DNA of 63,819 bases, counting the filler, from Octopus bimaculoides (taxonomy: Eukaryota): NCBI RefSeq assembly GCF_001194135.2. It is 11 parts of 11 records of this genome, joined end to end, with 100 filler letters (N's around TTAATTAATTAA, not from the genome) between each part and the next. Parts side by side here need not be neighbours in the genome. Positions count along the whole stretch, not along the records: positions 50,385 to 53,933 come from NW_026345877.1; positions 54,034 to 56,494 come from NW_026320022.1; positions 56,595 to 58,444 come from NW_026412857.1; positions 58,545 to 61,354 come from NW_026416440.1; positions 61,455 to 63,819 come from NW_026315008.1; 6 more parts are not named here. The stretch is one strand, 5' to 3'. Below the pieces are notes generated by a model. That model had not been told where the DNA came from. It saw only the letters and a program-made list of their open reading frames with translations, and ran no database searches. Positions 52,001 through 63,819 of the stretch are shown here, one piece after another. The translations under genes and the position numbers were made by a program. How positions within the stretch are numbered: the stretch's first letter is position 1; each line of letters begins with the position of its first letter.

Positions 52001-54188
52001 NNNNNNNNNNATGCATACATGTATATAAATAAATATATTTGTAGATATATACATATATATGCGTATGGATGTTACGTGCATTATTTAATATTATATTTTT
52101 ACATGAACTCTATAAAAACAATTTGACCTGAAACTGAAGTATTACGCAATATTTTTTAGTAGAGTACATGGTCTCTTAACGTCGAACAAATCGATACTTC
52201 GAAGTCGCTAACAACGATTTCCTTAGGGAAAAACTAATGTCACGTAGAAAGACCATCACATGTTTGTGTACGTGTCTTTGTATGACTGTGTATACACCCA
52301 TGTGTGTGTGTGTGTGTGTGAGTGTGTGTGCGTGTGTATGAAAAGGTTGAATTATATTTCGTCCTTTAATTTAGAGTATTCCAAAAAACGATTTCTAATA
52401 AAGATTCTTCATATTTTGCTGGTAGCTTACTGGCGAAAATTTGCGAATATAAAAATAGCACTTGTATATGGTGTGTTACGTGAATTTATGGAAAGGTATC
52501 CCATAAAACTCAAAAACTTTTTTTTAAATGGAGGAGTGAAGATGTTAAAATTTAAAAGAATTTTAATACATGAATACAATCGTTTGAAACAACGNNNNNN
52601 NNNNNNNNNNNNNNNNNNNNNNNNNNNNNNNNNNNNNNNNNNNNNNNNNNNNNNNNNNNNNNNNNNNNNNNNNNNNNNNNNNNNNNNNNNNNNNNNNNNN
52701 NNNNNNNNNNNNNNNNNNNNNNNNNNNNNNNNNNNNNNNNNNNNNNNNNNNNNNNNNNNNNNNNNNNNNNNNNNNNNNNNNNNNNNNNNNNNNNNNNNNN
52801 NNNNNNNNNNNNNNNNNNNNNNNNNNNNNNNNNNNNNNNNNNNNNNNNNNNNNNNNNNNNNNNNNNNNNNNNNNNNNNNNNNNNNNNNNNNNNNNNNNNN
52901 NNNNNNNNNNNNNNNNNNNNNNNNNNNNNNNNNNNNNNNNNNNNNNNNNNNNNNNNNNNNNNNNNNNNNNNNNNNNNNNNNNNNNNNNNNNNNNNNNNNN
53001 NNNNNNNNNNNNNNNNNNNNNNNNNNNNNNNNNNNNNNNNNNNNNNNNNNNNNNNNNNNNNNNNNNNNNNNNNNNNNNNNNNNNNNNNNNNNNNNNNNNN
53101 NNNNNNNNNNNNNNNNNNNNNNNNNNNNNNNNNNNNNNNNNNNNNNNNNNNNNNNNNNNNNNNNNNNNNNNNNNNNNNNNNNNNNNNNNNNNNNNNNNNN
53201 NNNNNNNNNNNNNNNNNNNNNNNNNNNNNNNNNNNNNNNNNNNNNNNNNNNNNNNNNNNNNNNNNNNNNNNNNNNNNNNNNNNNNNNNNNNNNNNNNNNN
53301 NNNNNNNNNNNNNNNNNNNNNNNNNNNNNNNNNNNNNNNNNNNNNNNNNNNNNNNNNNNNNNNNNNNNNNNNNNNNNNNNNNNNNNNNNNNNNNNNNNNN
53401 NNNNNNNNNNNNNNNNNNNNNNNNNNNNNNNNNNNNNNNNNNNNNNNNNNNNNNNNNNNNNNNNNNNNNNNNNNNNNNNNNNNNNNNNNNNNNNNNNNNN
53501 NNNNNNNNNNNNNNNNNNNNNNNNNNNNNNNNNNNNNNNNNNNNNNNNNNNNNNCTGGTGATAGTGATGCTGGTGACGGTGGCGAAGCTGTGTTTGATTT
53601 TGGCTGTGGTGGTGGTGGTGGTGGTGATGGTGGTGGTGGTGGTGGTGGTGGTGGCGGCGGTGCCGGTTACGGTGGTGGTAGTGATGGTGTAGCACACACA
53701 GATATATGATAAAACGTATGATTGACGTGAGTACATAAACTACTTCTGCTGACCCTATTCGTTATATGCTCCACAAGTGGCCTGCAACAACAACAGCAAC
53801 AACAACAACAACAACAACAACACGATGAAGAAGACAAGAAATATAACAAAAATAAAACAAAAACAATATACAATGTGTAAAAGAATTGAAGTGGAGTACA
53901 GGGGATCGTACAAGTCGAGGTGGGTTACAGTGTNNNNNNNNNNNNNNNNNNNNNNNNNNNNNNNNNNNNNNNNNNNNTTAATTAATTAANNNNNNNNNNN
54001 NNNNNNNNNNNNNNNNNNNNNNNNNNNNNNNNNAGAGGAAGAATATATAAGTCCATCTTGACATAGCAGGGTCTATCAGGCGTGTATGTATAGGAATAAT
54101 ATATATATACACATACATATTTCATAAATTGAAGTAGCATGAAACGTGCGTACTGCAATCACTTTTGAAATCCGTGTTGCTTATTATT

Positions 54189-54266
<78 letters not shown>

Positions 54267-54512
54267 GTATGTATGTATGTATGTATGCATGTATGTATGT
54301 GTATATGTTTGTGTGTCTGTGTTTGTCCGCCTAAAATTGCTTGTCAACCGGTGTTGATGTGCTTACGTCTCCGTAACTTAGCTGTTCTGCAAAAGTGACT
54401 GATAGAATAAGTACTAGGCTTACAAAGAATAGCTCCTGGGTTCGATTTACTCGACTAAAGGCGATGCTCCAGCATGGCCGCTGTCAAATGACTGAAACAA
54501 AAGAATAAAAGA

Positions 54513-54572
<60 letters not shown>

Positions 54573-55629
54573 CAACATACATATGTATATACATGTATAT
54601 ATATATNNNNNNNNNNNNNNNNNNNNNNNNNNNNNNNNNNNNNNNNNNNNNNNNNNNNNNNNNNNNNNNNNNNNNNNNNNNNNNNNNNNNNNNNNNNNNN
54701 NNNNNNNNNNNNNNNNNNNNNNNNNNNNNNNNNNNNNNNNNNNNNNNNNNNNNNNNNNNNNNNNNNNNNNNNNNNNNNNNNNNNNNNNNNNNNNNNNNNN
54801 NNNNNNNNNNNNNNNNNNNNNNNNNNNNNNNNNNNNNNNNNNNNNNNNNNNNNNNNNNNNNNNNNNNNNNNNNNNNNNNNNNNNNNNNNNNNNNNNNNNN
54901 NNNNNNNNNNNNNNNNNNNNNNNNNNNNNNNNNNNNNNNNNNNNNNNNNNNNNNNNNNNNNNNNNNNNNNNNNNNNNNNNNNNNNNNNNNNNNNNNNNNN
55001 NNNNNNNNNNNNNNNNNNNNNNNNNNNNNNNNNNNNNNNNNNNNNNNNNNNNNNNNNNNNNNNNNNNNNNNNNNNNNNNNNNNNNNNNNNNNNNNNNNNN
55101 NNNNNNNNNNNNNNNNNNNNNNNNNNNNNNNNNNNNNNNNNNNNNNNNNNNNNNNNNNNNNNNNNNNNNNNNNNNNNNNNNNNNNNNNNNNNNNNNNNNN
55201 NNNNNNNNNNNNNNNNNNNNNNNNNNNNNNNNNNNNNNNNNNNNNNNNNNNNNNNNNNNNNNNNNNNNNNNNNNNNNNNNNNNNNNNNNNNNNNNNNNNN
55301 NNNNNNNNNNNNNNNNNNNNNNNNNNNNNNNNNNNNNNNNNNNNNNNNNNNNNNNNNNNNNNNNNNNCAACACACACACACACGCACACATACACGCACC
55401 AGCACACATACAAACAAATAAGAATACTTCAACTGATTCAGATAACCACAAACCCGGAAGCCGTCTTGACTTAAATAAAAAAAATTCCTGACCCTTTCGT
55501 TTGTGTCCGGCATGTGTACAGCAAGGCACAAAAAAAAGAAACTTCAATCCCAGTAAAATATAATTCAGTGTATTTAGGTACGTACCTACCTACCTACCTA
55601 CATACATACATACATACATACATACATCA

Positions 55630-56490
55630 TGTGATTTGATTGTTTCCCCTATATCGGACGAGGACTCTTACAGGTATCTGGGGTTGGATGAAAATATATC
55701 TTACAATGCCACCTGTAACAAAACACGTGTCACTAAAGAATATTACAGTCGAATAAAGAAAATTTGGACATCGGAACTCTTTGCATTCAATAAAACAGTA
55801 ACAGTAACAGTAACTCTAACTCTAACCCTAACCCTAACCCTAACCCTAACCCTAACCCTGACCCTAACCCTAACCCTGACCCTAACCCTAACTCTAACCG
55901 TCCCCCACAATGTGTTTGCATTACCAGTACTCATACCAGCATTTGGGCTGCTTGATTGAACGCTTGATGAGATCTGAGCCATTGATGTGAAAGCATGAAA
56001 AATACTAACAAGCACACGTAATTTCCACATAAGCAGTGACGTAGACCGCCTTTAGCTAAAACGAAAACAAGATGGTAAAGGCTGAACAGTAATCCAAAAT
56101 GCCCTTGAATGTCGTATCATAACCCTTCGGCACCATCTTTTAACCATAAAGTGTCGAAGTGCATCCTGTGAGCAAGTTTGCATACATGAGGCTGATACAT
56201 CATAAGACTTGGAAGGCAGCTCCTTGAGCAACATTCTTTGTCTGATAACCTAGAATACATGCGCAAAGAAGTCGCACGACTCTACCGCAACGTATCATCA
56301 AATGAAAGGATGAGCCTATATGAGCAGAAGACTGTGCATGGATATGTTATTAAAAAGCACTGAGATGATAGTCACATTTATCATGAAAGCAGTCTATCAT
56401 GGACCAATAGCCGGATTACTACCTCCCACTTTGAAGGGTCTGCATTTTGCAATCCAGGAACAGGAAATATCAACCAAGTACCTGATGCAC
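55630..56490 (+). mobile_element. R4/Dong-like non-LTR retrotransposon RT C-terminal fossil
   Basis: SYRYLG...KEYYSRIKKIWTSEL.AFNK...HNVFALPVL..AFG...FHISSDVDRL with many stops; clade assigned from remembered motifs. Confidence 0.65.
55795..55896 (+). repeat. Interstitial telomere-type (CCCTAA)n array
   Basis: 17 hexamers: ACAGTA x3, ACTCTA x2, 11 ACCCTA/ACCCTG, ACTCTA. Confidence 0.9.
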
Positions 56491-57336
56491 AAAANNNNNN
56501 NNNNNNNNNNNNNNNNNNNNNNNNNNNNNNNNNNNNNNTTAATTAATTAANNNNNNNNNNNNNNNNNNNNNNNNNNNNNNNNNNNNNNNNNNNNATATAT
56601 ATATATATACACACACACAATTGACCTTCACTATCTTTCTGATCATTTGATACATCTGAAAAATATAGCAGTACTTAGTCCCATGTCATTCCCCCGGATG
56701 AGAACAAGAAAGAGACTGAGACAGGAAACAGAATACTGCTGAATACATAAATAATTAGTTGACCAACATAGATACTCCAATTTTCACTTCAATGGGATAA
56801 TGGCATTGGATGATAATGGTACCTTTAGCTGTTCTGTTAGTTGTAATGGTATAGCAATGTAGTAATCGAAGAAGTAGAAGTTACAACAATAATAATAGTG
56901 ACAGTATCTCAAAGGACATAGTGTTATAAAGAATTATATCGAAATATTGGATTGATAAACCCTTTTTGGATAGGAAAGGTCCAAGGTTGCCTGTTATATG
57001 AGAATCCTGAACACCCCCACATGACTGGAGATGGACTAACCGATATCTATTGATAAGAACTGAGTATGCTGTCAGCAAAAGAGTTGACACCTTTTTTTTT
57101 TCTGTTTCGGTTTAATCATTTTTGATCCCTGTTGGACGTGAGTCGCATTGTTAATTATTTATTAAAGGTCTCCCGTAAGGGTGAACCTATTTGTTGGACC
57201 TTATTGTTGAACTGTTGTTGCTGTTATTTGGCCTGTGATTTTATATTTGGACAAAAGGAAGAACGGTGTGCGAACCAGTTCCAGCCGGCAGTTATGCTTC
57301 AGCCACTATTAAGAGGTTTAACTACTGACGCATTAG

Positions 57337-58410
57337 GTGGAAATCGAGCAAAAGGAGTTCAACAGGTTAATCGAGAAGGAAGGAATCAGTTTGAGGTTGA
57401 CCCCGCAGGCAGATGATTTAACAGTTAGCGTAACAAATCGAACAGTGGTCTATAGAAAACTGTCTACGTCAGCGAAAAGAATAGAAATAGTCACAGTGGA
57501 AGCCATAGAGGAGTGTTTGAAGGTAATAAAAAGCCTTACAACATTCTACACGAGAAGGAGAAGATACAGCATAGTGGAGTTAAGGTTCCCTAGCGAACAA
57601 GAAGTGATAAATCACTCTACTGTGGGGCTAAGGAGGCAAAAGTGGGTACTTCTATCAACATACTGTGGCAATCGAGTGGCTAGATTAAGGATAGACAGAG
57701 TACCCCCCGGAGATTAAGTAAGCGTGGCTAGTGGCAGCCATTATATGGAGGTGGACGAGAAAGTTTTAAAAGTAACGAGGACGAAAGAGGTAAACTGGAA
57801 GATGCACTGCGTGAGATTCCAACAACAAGGGAAGCCAACACGGAAAATCAAGTTGTAATGCAGAAACGAGTAACCAAAAAAGAAGTGAAAGATAAATGGC
57901 ATATGGTAACATATGTAAAAAGGCACGGAGATTGAGAAGAAAGAAGAACTAAGTTGAAGTCGGTAATAAGAGTAAAACAGTCAACAGAATATTACGCAGA
58001 GAGTACCCAAGGCAATTGTGATAGACAAGGAGAGATGTGAAAGACTGAGAGAATTGTTTGGAAAAAGGATAGACCCAATGGGATTATGCGTGGAGTTTGA
58101 TGACTTACTGCCACGAATAGACTATGAGGACTTAGTGCCTTACATAAAATTGTAATAGAAAAACTAAGTAAATGTTTAAAATTGTAAGACAGACACAAAA
58201 AGAAAAAAGAGGAAAAAGAGAAAACAAAATGAAATAAAAACGTTAAACTAGAACATTTACATCAGTGGGGAGCATGCAGACATTTCATCTTCATTTATTA
58301 TTGTTCGTCCTTCATTCGTTCGTTTTATGTTATTTGTCCCCATTGTGATGTTCTCTCTGTCCTTGTGCTGTCCCCTCTGGGTACCAAATAAAAGAAAAGA
58401 ATTGACGGTG
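57337..58410 (+). mobile_element. L1/Tx1-like LINE remnant (ORF1-like region and 3' end)
   Basis: 126-aa ORF ending VARLRIDRVPP, basic and RRM-like. Pyrimidine-rich 3' end with aataaaagaaaaga near 58387-58400. Confidence 0.45.
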
Positions 58411-58544
58411 TTAGCTCGCCAATATTGGTTACCGTGTGTCCGTCNNNNNNNNNNNNNNNNNNNNNNNNNNNNNNNNNNNNNNNNNNNNTTAATTAATTAA
58501 NNNNNNNNNNNNNNNNNNNNNNNNNNNNNNNNNNNNNNNNNNNN

Positions 58545-58608
<64 letters not shown>

Positions 58609-58899
58609 GAAGAAAGTGATAGAGACAGAGAAAGAAAGGGAGAGAAAGAGAGTCAATGTTCCGACTGCATCCGGGCGGTCATTTGGCCGACGACATAAAA
58701 ACCGCAAAATTTCCAACTTTACACTGGTTTTAAAATGGCCGACAAATGGCGGTGGGGAACGTGGTGGAGAAGGTGGAGATGCTTGGTGAGGGTGAAGATG
58801 ATGTTGTTGGCAGTGGGTGCAAGCGACGTTTGTAATGGAGGTGGTTGTAGGGAATAGATGTGCCGATGATGATGATGATGATGAGGATGGTGATGGTGA

Positions 58900-59480
58900 T
58901 GATGAGGGAGGGGAAGTGGGGGAAGAAGAGGAAGGTGAGAGGGAAGAGGAAAACAGAAGGAAAGAAGCCGAAATAGGGGAAGAGGAAAGGGAGTAAAAAG
59001 AGGATGAAAATAGGAGGAGGAAGAAGAGGAAGTCGAGGAGGAAGAAGAGGAAGTCGAGGAGGAGGAGGAAGAAGAGGAAGTCGAGGAGGGGGAAGAAGAG
59101 GAGAATGAAGAGGAGGAGGAAGAAGAGGAGAATGAAGAGAAGGATAAAGGGAAGGGTACCAAAAAAAGATAAGAATGAGAAAAAGCGGAGTCTGTTGAAA
59201 TGGAAGATGGGGAGGTAAAGGAGGCGATGAGGTAAAGTGGAAGGGGAGAAAGCAGACGAAGGGGAGGAGGACGAACGGAGGGTGAAAAGGAGGAAAAAGA
59301 GAAAGAGGAAGAAGAAAAGAAGTTAAGGAGAAAGCCGAAGAGGAGGCAGAGGAGGACGTGAAGGACGAGGAGGAAAAGGAGGATGTGGAGGTGGAGGAAG
59401 AACAATGGCAGGAGTGAGGGGAAAAAGAGGAAAAATGCAAAAGAGACTGAGGAAGAAACTGAAGAAGAAAGAAAGATGTT
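58900..59480. repeat. Purine-rich (GA) low-complexity tract with 21-24-nt subrepeats
   Basis: Repeats of gaggaggaagaagaggaagtc and gaggaagaagaggagaatgaa. Confidence 0.85.
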
Positions 59481-59809
59481 TTAGCATCGATAAAATCTAT
59501 TTTATATAGGGTGGCAGTCTGGCAGAAAAATGAATTACCAGTGAAACACTGGGGTCAATGTAATCGACAAGTCCCCAAATTTCAGGTCTTGTAGAAAGCA
59601 GTATTATTATTAAAGCATTATTATTATTATTGTTTTCAAATTCAGCCGAGGTCGCCTTTGCTTCTCATCTTTACGGAGTCAATAAATTAAGTACCAGTTG
59701 AGTCCTGGGGTCGATGTGAACGATTGTCCCCCTCCCCAGACAATCCCGGTCTTGTGCCTAAAGTAGAACGGTTTCTTCTTCTTCTTCTTCTTGAGAGAGC
59801 AGTGCAATG

Positions 59810-60188
59810 CCATCAAAGTGACACTGGGGTAAAATATACAAAGCCCATTATACACATCATGACTACCCATCTGTTAAGGGTACACCAGGCACATGCATCA
59901 CAACCATATATGCACGATATTCTGATCTTATATCAAGATTAACAGCGCATGACCTCGCAGGTGGGGCCCAGTTAGAATTTTCTTCAGGTCGAGTTGCCTA
60001 TCTCGCTCAAAAGGTCCCTGAATAAGGGTTGTTTAAGGATGTTGGACAAAACACCCATGTTTCCAAAGGTGAATTATCTAAACCCCAAAGAATTCCTCTC
60101 AACACATGGCTATGATGCTCCCCCACTACTTCTGCTCGTGATCAGAGATGCACACGCCGTGATCCACCAAGGGACATGCTCAACTGGT
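59810..60188 (-). mobile_element. Interspersed repeat family E (SINE-like)
   Basis: Its distal part is the reverse complement of about 24585-24700 (ttgagc.tgtccctt.gtgg...atagccatgtgtt). Confidence 0.6.
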
Positions 60189-61454
60189 NNNNNNNNNNNN
60201 NNNNNNNNNNNNNNNNNNNNNNNNNNNNNNNNNNNNNNNNNNNNNNNNNNNNNNNNNNNNNNNNNNNNNNNNNNNNNNNNNNNNNNNNNNNNNNNNNNNN
60301 NNNNNNNNNNNNNNNNNNNNNNNNNNNNNNNNNNNNNNNNNNNNNNNNNNNNNNNNNNNNNNNNNNNNNNNNNNNNNNNNNNNNNNNNNNNNNNNNNNNN
60401 NNNNNNNNNNNNNNNNNNNNNNNNNNNNNNNATATTTCATCCTCTCAGGATCGATGAAATAAATACTAATTACACACTGGGGTCGATGTAATCGACTATT
60501 CCCCACCCGCCTCAAAAAAAAATTGGTGCCCTTGCACCAAAATTTGAAACCATTATTATTATTATTATTATTATTTGTACTAGTAGTACGAGTCGTAGCA
60601 GCAAGAATATTAGCGGTACTAAGAGGTGATGGTTAACTACGAATAGCAGTGATGATTATAAATTATCGACGACATCAACAATTTGAATCAAGCGTATTGC
60701 AATTTTGATCCGTCGCGTCAGCTCGTTAACACATCAAAAGCGGTCGTAGATTAGAATACAAGATGCATGTTTAATTCCGTGTCGCCATTTCCAGTTCTGG
60801 ACACATTTATTTACTCATTAATTGCATATATTTTATATATCCACGTCTGTGTGTATAACCATTACACTGTCTCGGAACAAATCCTACGTTAATGTGGATA
60901 TAATAGTTTGTGTGCGTGTATATGTATGTATATATATATATATATATATGCGTGTGTGTGTGTGTGTGTGTATGTGTGTGTATGTGTGTGTTTGCGTGTG
61001 TGTGTATGTGTGTGTGTGTGTGTTTGCGTGTGTGTGTATGTGTGTGTCCATGTATATATATATATATATATATGTCTGTATATATATATATATATATATA
61101 TGTCTATATATATATATATGTTGATACATATTAAATATTTATATAGTATATATGTAGTATATATATATATATTATATAGTATGTGTATAAACTATATATA
61201 GTATGTAATCGATACATACATACATACATACATATATGGTATATGTAATCGATACATACATATATATATATGGTATATATTATTTATATAGGATATATTT
61301 TATGTATATATATATATGATATATATATATATATATATATATGATATATATATANNNNNNNNNNNNNNNNNNNNNNNNNNNNNNNNNNNNNNNNNNNNTT
61401 AATTAATTAANNNNNNNNNNNNNNNNNNNNNNNNNNNNNNNNNNNNNNNNNNNN

Positions 61455-62354
61455 ACTGTATGACACGTGTACGAACAGCCATGCTACATGGCAGTGAAAC
61501 ATGGATGTGTAACATCAGTGTGCATACTCGACAGAGTGTAAGTATCTTGAGAGAAAAGCTGAACATAAGAAGCATCAGTTGTGGTGTGCAAGAGAGGTGA
61601 TTGCGCCGGTATGGACATGTGGTGAGAATGGACGAGGATAGCTGCGTGAAAAAGTGCCACACCCTAACAGTTGAGGGAACCCATGGAAGAGGTAGGCCCA
61701 GGAAGACCTGGGCTGAGGTGGTGAGGCAAGACCTTCGAACATTGGGCCTCACCGAGGTGATGACTTCTGACTGAGACCTTTGGAAATGTGCTGTGTGTGA
61801 GAAGACTGGGCAAGCCAAGTGAGACCTAAATCCAAGCCCTCTGCCAGGCGTGTAACCAGCCCACTTATGCATACCTTTCCTACATTCGACACTAAACTTC
61901 ACTTGCAAAGACTTGTTGAGGCAAGTGAAATCGAACTAAATTCAACAACTTGCACCCGTGCCAACGTTGTCTCCTTCATTGGATACAAAACTCAGCTTGC
62001 AAAGACTTATTGGGGCAAACGAAAGCGTAATCGGGATAGCACCTGTGCCCAGCGTCGCCTTTCTGGCACTTGTGCTCGTGACATGTGTAAGGATTTTTGA
62101 GCGAAATCGTTGCCAGTGCCCCTGGACTGGCTCTTGTGCTGGTGGCACATAAAATACACCATTTTGAGCGTGGCTGTTGCCAGTACCGCCTGACTGGCCT
62201 TCGTGTGGGTGACACATAAAAGCACCCACTACACTCTGAGTGGTTGGCATTAGGAAGGGCATCCAGCTGTAGAAACTCTGCCATATCAGATTGGAGCCTG
62301 GTGTTGCCATCCAGTTTCACCAGTCCTCAGTCAAATCGTCCAACCCATGATGAT
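61455..62354 (+). mobile_element. RTE LINE 3' end (internally deleted) with long 3' UTR and (GAT)n tail
   Basis: CVRTAMLHGSETW//MCNISV...YGHVVRMDEDSCVKKC...GRGRPRKTWAEVVRQDL with stops. Confidence 0.85.
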
Positions 62355-63245
62355 NNNNNNNNNNNNNNNNNNNNNNNNNNNNNNNNNNNNNNNNNNNNNN
62401 NNNNNNNNNNNNNNNNNNNNNNNNNNNNNNNNNNNNNNNNNNNNNNNNNNNNNNNNNNNNNNNNNNNNNNNNNNNNNNNNNNNNNNNNNNNNNNNNNNNN
62501 NNNNNNNNNNNNNNNNNNNNNNNNNNNNNNNNNNNNNNNNNNNNNNNNNNNNNNNNNNNNNNNNNNNNNNNNNNNNNNNNNNNNNNNNNNNNNNNNNNNN
62601 NNNNNNNNNNNNNNNNNNNNNNNNNNNNNNNNNNNNNNNNNNNNNNNNNNNNNNNNNNNNNNNNNNNNNNNNNNNNNNNNNNNNNNNNNNNNNNNNNNNN
62701 NNNNNNNNNNNNNNNNNNNNNNNNNNNNNNNNNNNNNNNNNNNNNNNNNNNNNNNNNNNNNNNNNNNNNNNNNNNNNNNNNNNNNNNNNNNNNNNNNNNN
62801 NNNNNNNNNNNNNNNNNNNNNNNNNNNNNNNNNNNNNNNNNNNNNNNNNNNNNNNNNNNNNNNNNNNNNNNNNNNNNNNNNNNNNNNNNNNNNNNNNNNN
62901 NNNNNNNNNNNNNNNNNNNNNNNNNNNNNNNNNNNNNNNNNNNNNNNNNNNNNNNNNNNNNNNNNNNNNNNNNNNNNNNNNNNNNNNNNNNNNNNNNNNN
63001 NNNNNNNNNNNNNNNNNNNNNNNNNNNNNNNNNNNNNNNNNNNNNNNNNNNNNNNNNNNNNNNNNNNNNNNNNNNNNNNNNNNNNNNNNNNNNNNNNNNN
63101 NNNNNNNNNNNNNNNNNNNNNNNNNNNNNNNNNNNNNNNNNNNNNNNNNNNNNNNNNNNNNNNNNNNNNNNNNNNNNNNNNNNNNNNNNNNNNNNNNNNN
63201 NNNNNNNNNNNNNNNNNNNNNNNNNNNNNNNNNNNNNNNNNNNNN

Positions 63246-63819
63246 NTGTGCTATCAGCATGCAAAACTAAATGCAGTACACATTAAATACACTGGACCTG
63301 AAGGGACTGCAATCCCAGAAGCAGAGACAGTGCGAGACCTGGGCATTTACTTGAGTCATAATACATCCTTTCATGTTCATGTTGCTAAATTGTCAATGAA
63401 ATGCAGGTGACTGACCGGATGGATTCTTAGGACTTTTAAAACAAGAGATCAGGAAACGATGATGGTGCTCTGGAGGACACATGTTCTAAGCTACTTTGAC
63501 TATTGCTCTCAGCTATGGTCACCAACCAGTGTCAAATTAATCTCAGAACTTGAGGCAATCCAACGAAGCTACATGAAGAAGATAGCCTCTATGCAGCGTA
63601 TAAGCTATTGGGAAAAACTCAAGAGATTAAGACTCTATTCCTTAGAGCGTACACGAGAAAGATATGCCATAATATACATCTGGAAGATCCTCGAAGGAAT
63701 TGTCCCAAACTTTAGCATCGAAAGTTACACAAATAAAAGAACTGGACGCTATTGCATAGTGCTAAGGAGTCCAAACTTGCCATCAAGATGTAGGACAAGA
63801 TACTGCAATAGCCTGGGCT
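63246..63819 (+). mobile_element. CR1-clade LINE ORF2 C-terminal fragment
   Basis: VRDLGIYLS...GWILRTF...DYCSQLWSP...LEAIQR...LYSLERTRERYAIIYIWKILEG, with one in-frame stop. Confidence 0.85.

Noticed and set aside
1-63819. Hox-cluster microRNAs (miR-10, miR-993) and CRISPR arrays
   Set aside because: No mature-sequence match seen by eye (gaagctcgtc at about 11207 is SINE sequence). Regular repeats are eukaryotic microsatellites without unique spacers.

Overview
Eukaryotic, AT-rich, microsatellite-saturated draft sequence with many N gaps. The repeat families and the Hox peptide suggest an octopus (inference). Ten TTAATTAATTAA linkers flanked by N show the window is 11 joined pieces, so adjacency and orientation across them are not proven. 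Main gene: exon 1 of a Ubx/abd-A-class spiralian Hox gene (Lox4, or Lox2) on the minus strand, 48827-47468. It ends in FYPWMGIVG with a GTAAGT donor; no homeobox exon was found in the window. Downstream of it I find an unannotated small gene for a GPI-anchored single-Ig-domain protein: plus-strand exons 26683-26988, 27657-27695 and 29442-29521. Its apparent signal-peptide exon (18227-18188) lies on the opposite strand in the neighbouring linker-bounded piece. Inverting that piece gives a clean 154-aa Thy-1-like precursor. The rest is mobile-element debris: several tRNA-derived SINE families, RTE, CR1, Tx1-like, R4/Dong-like and Penelope fossils, a mariner end, MITEs and a solo LTR. Also present: two intact minimal hammerhead ribozyme motifs, an RTE end with tandem C2H2 fingers, two telomere-repeat oddities and an inverted SINE pair around an exon-like segment.
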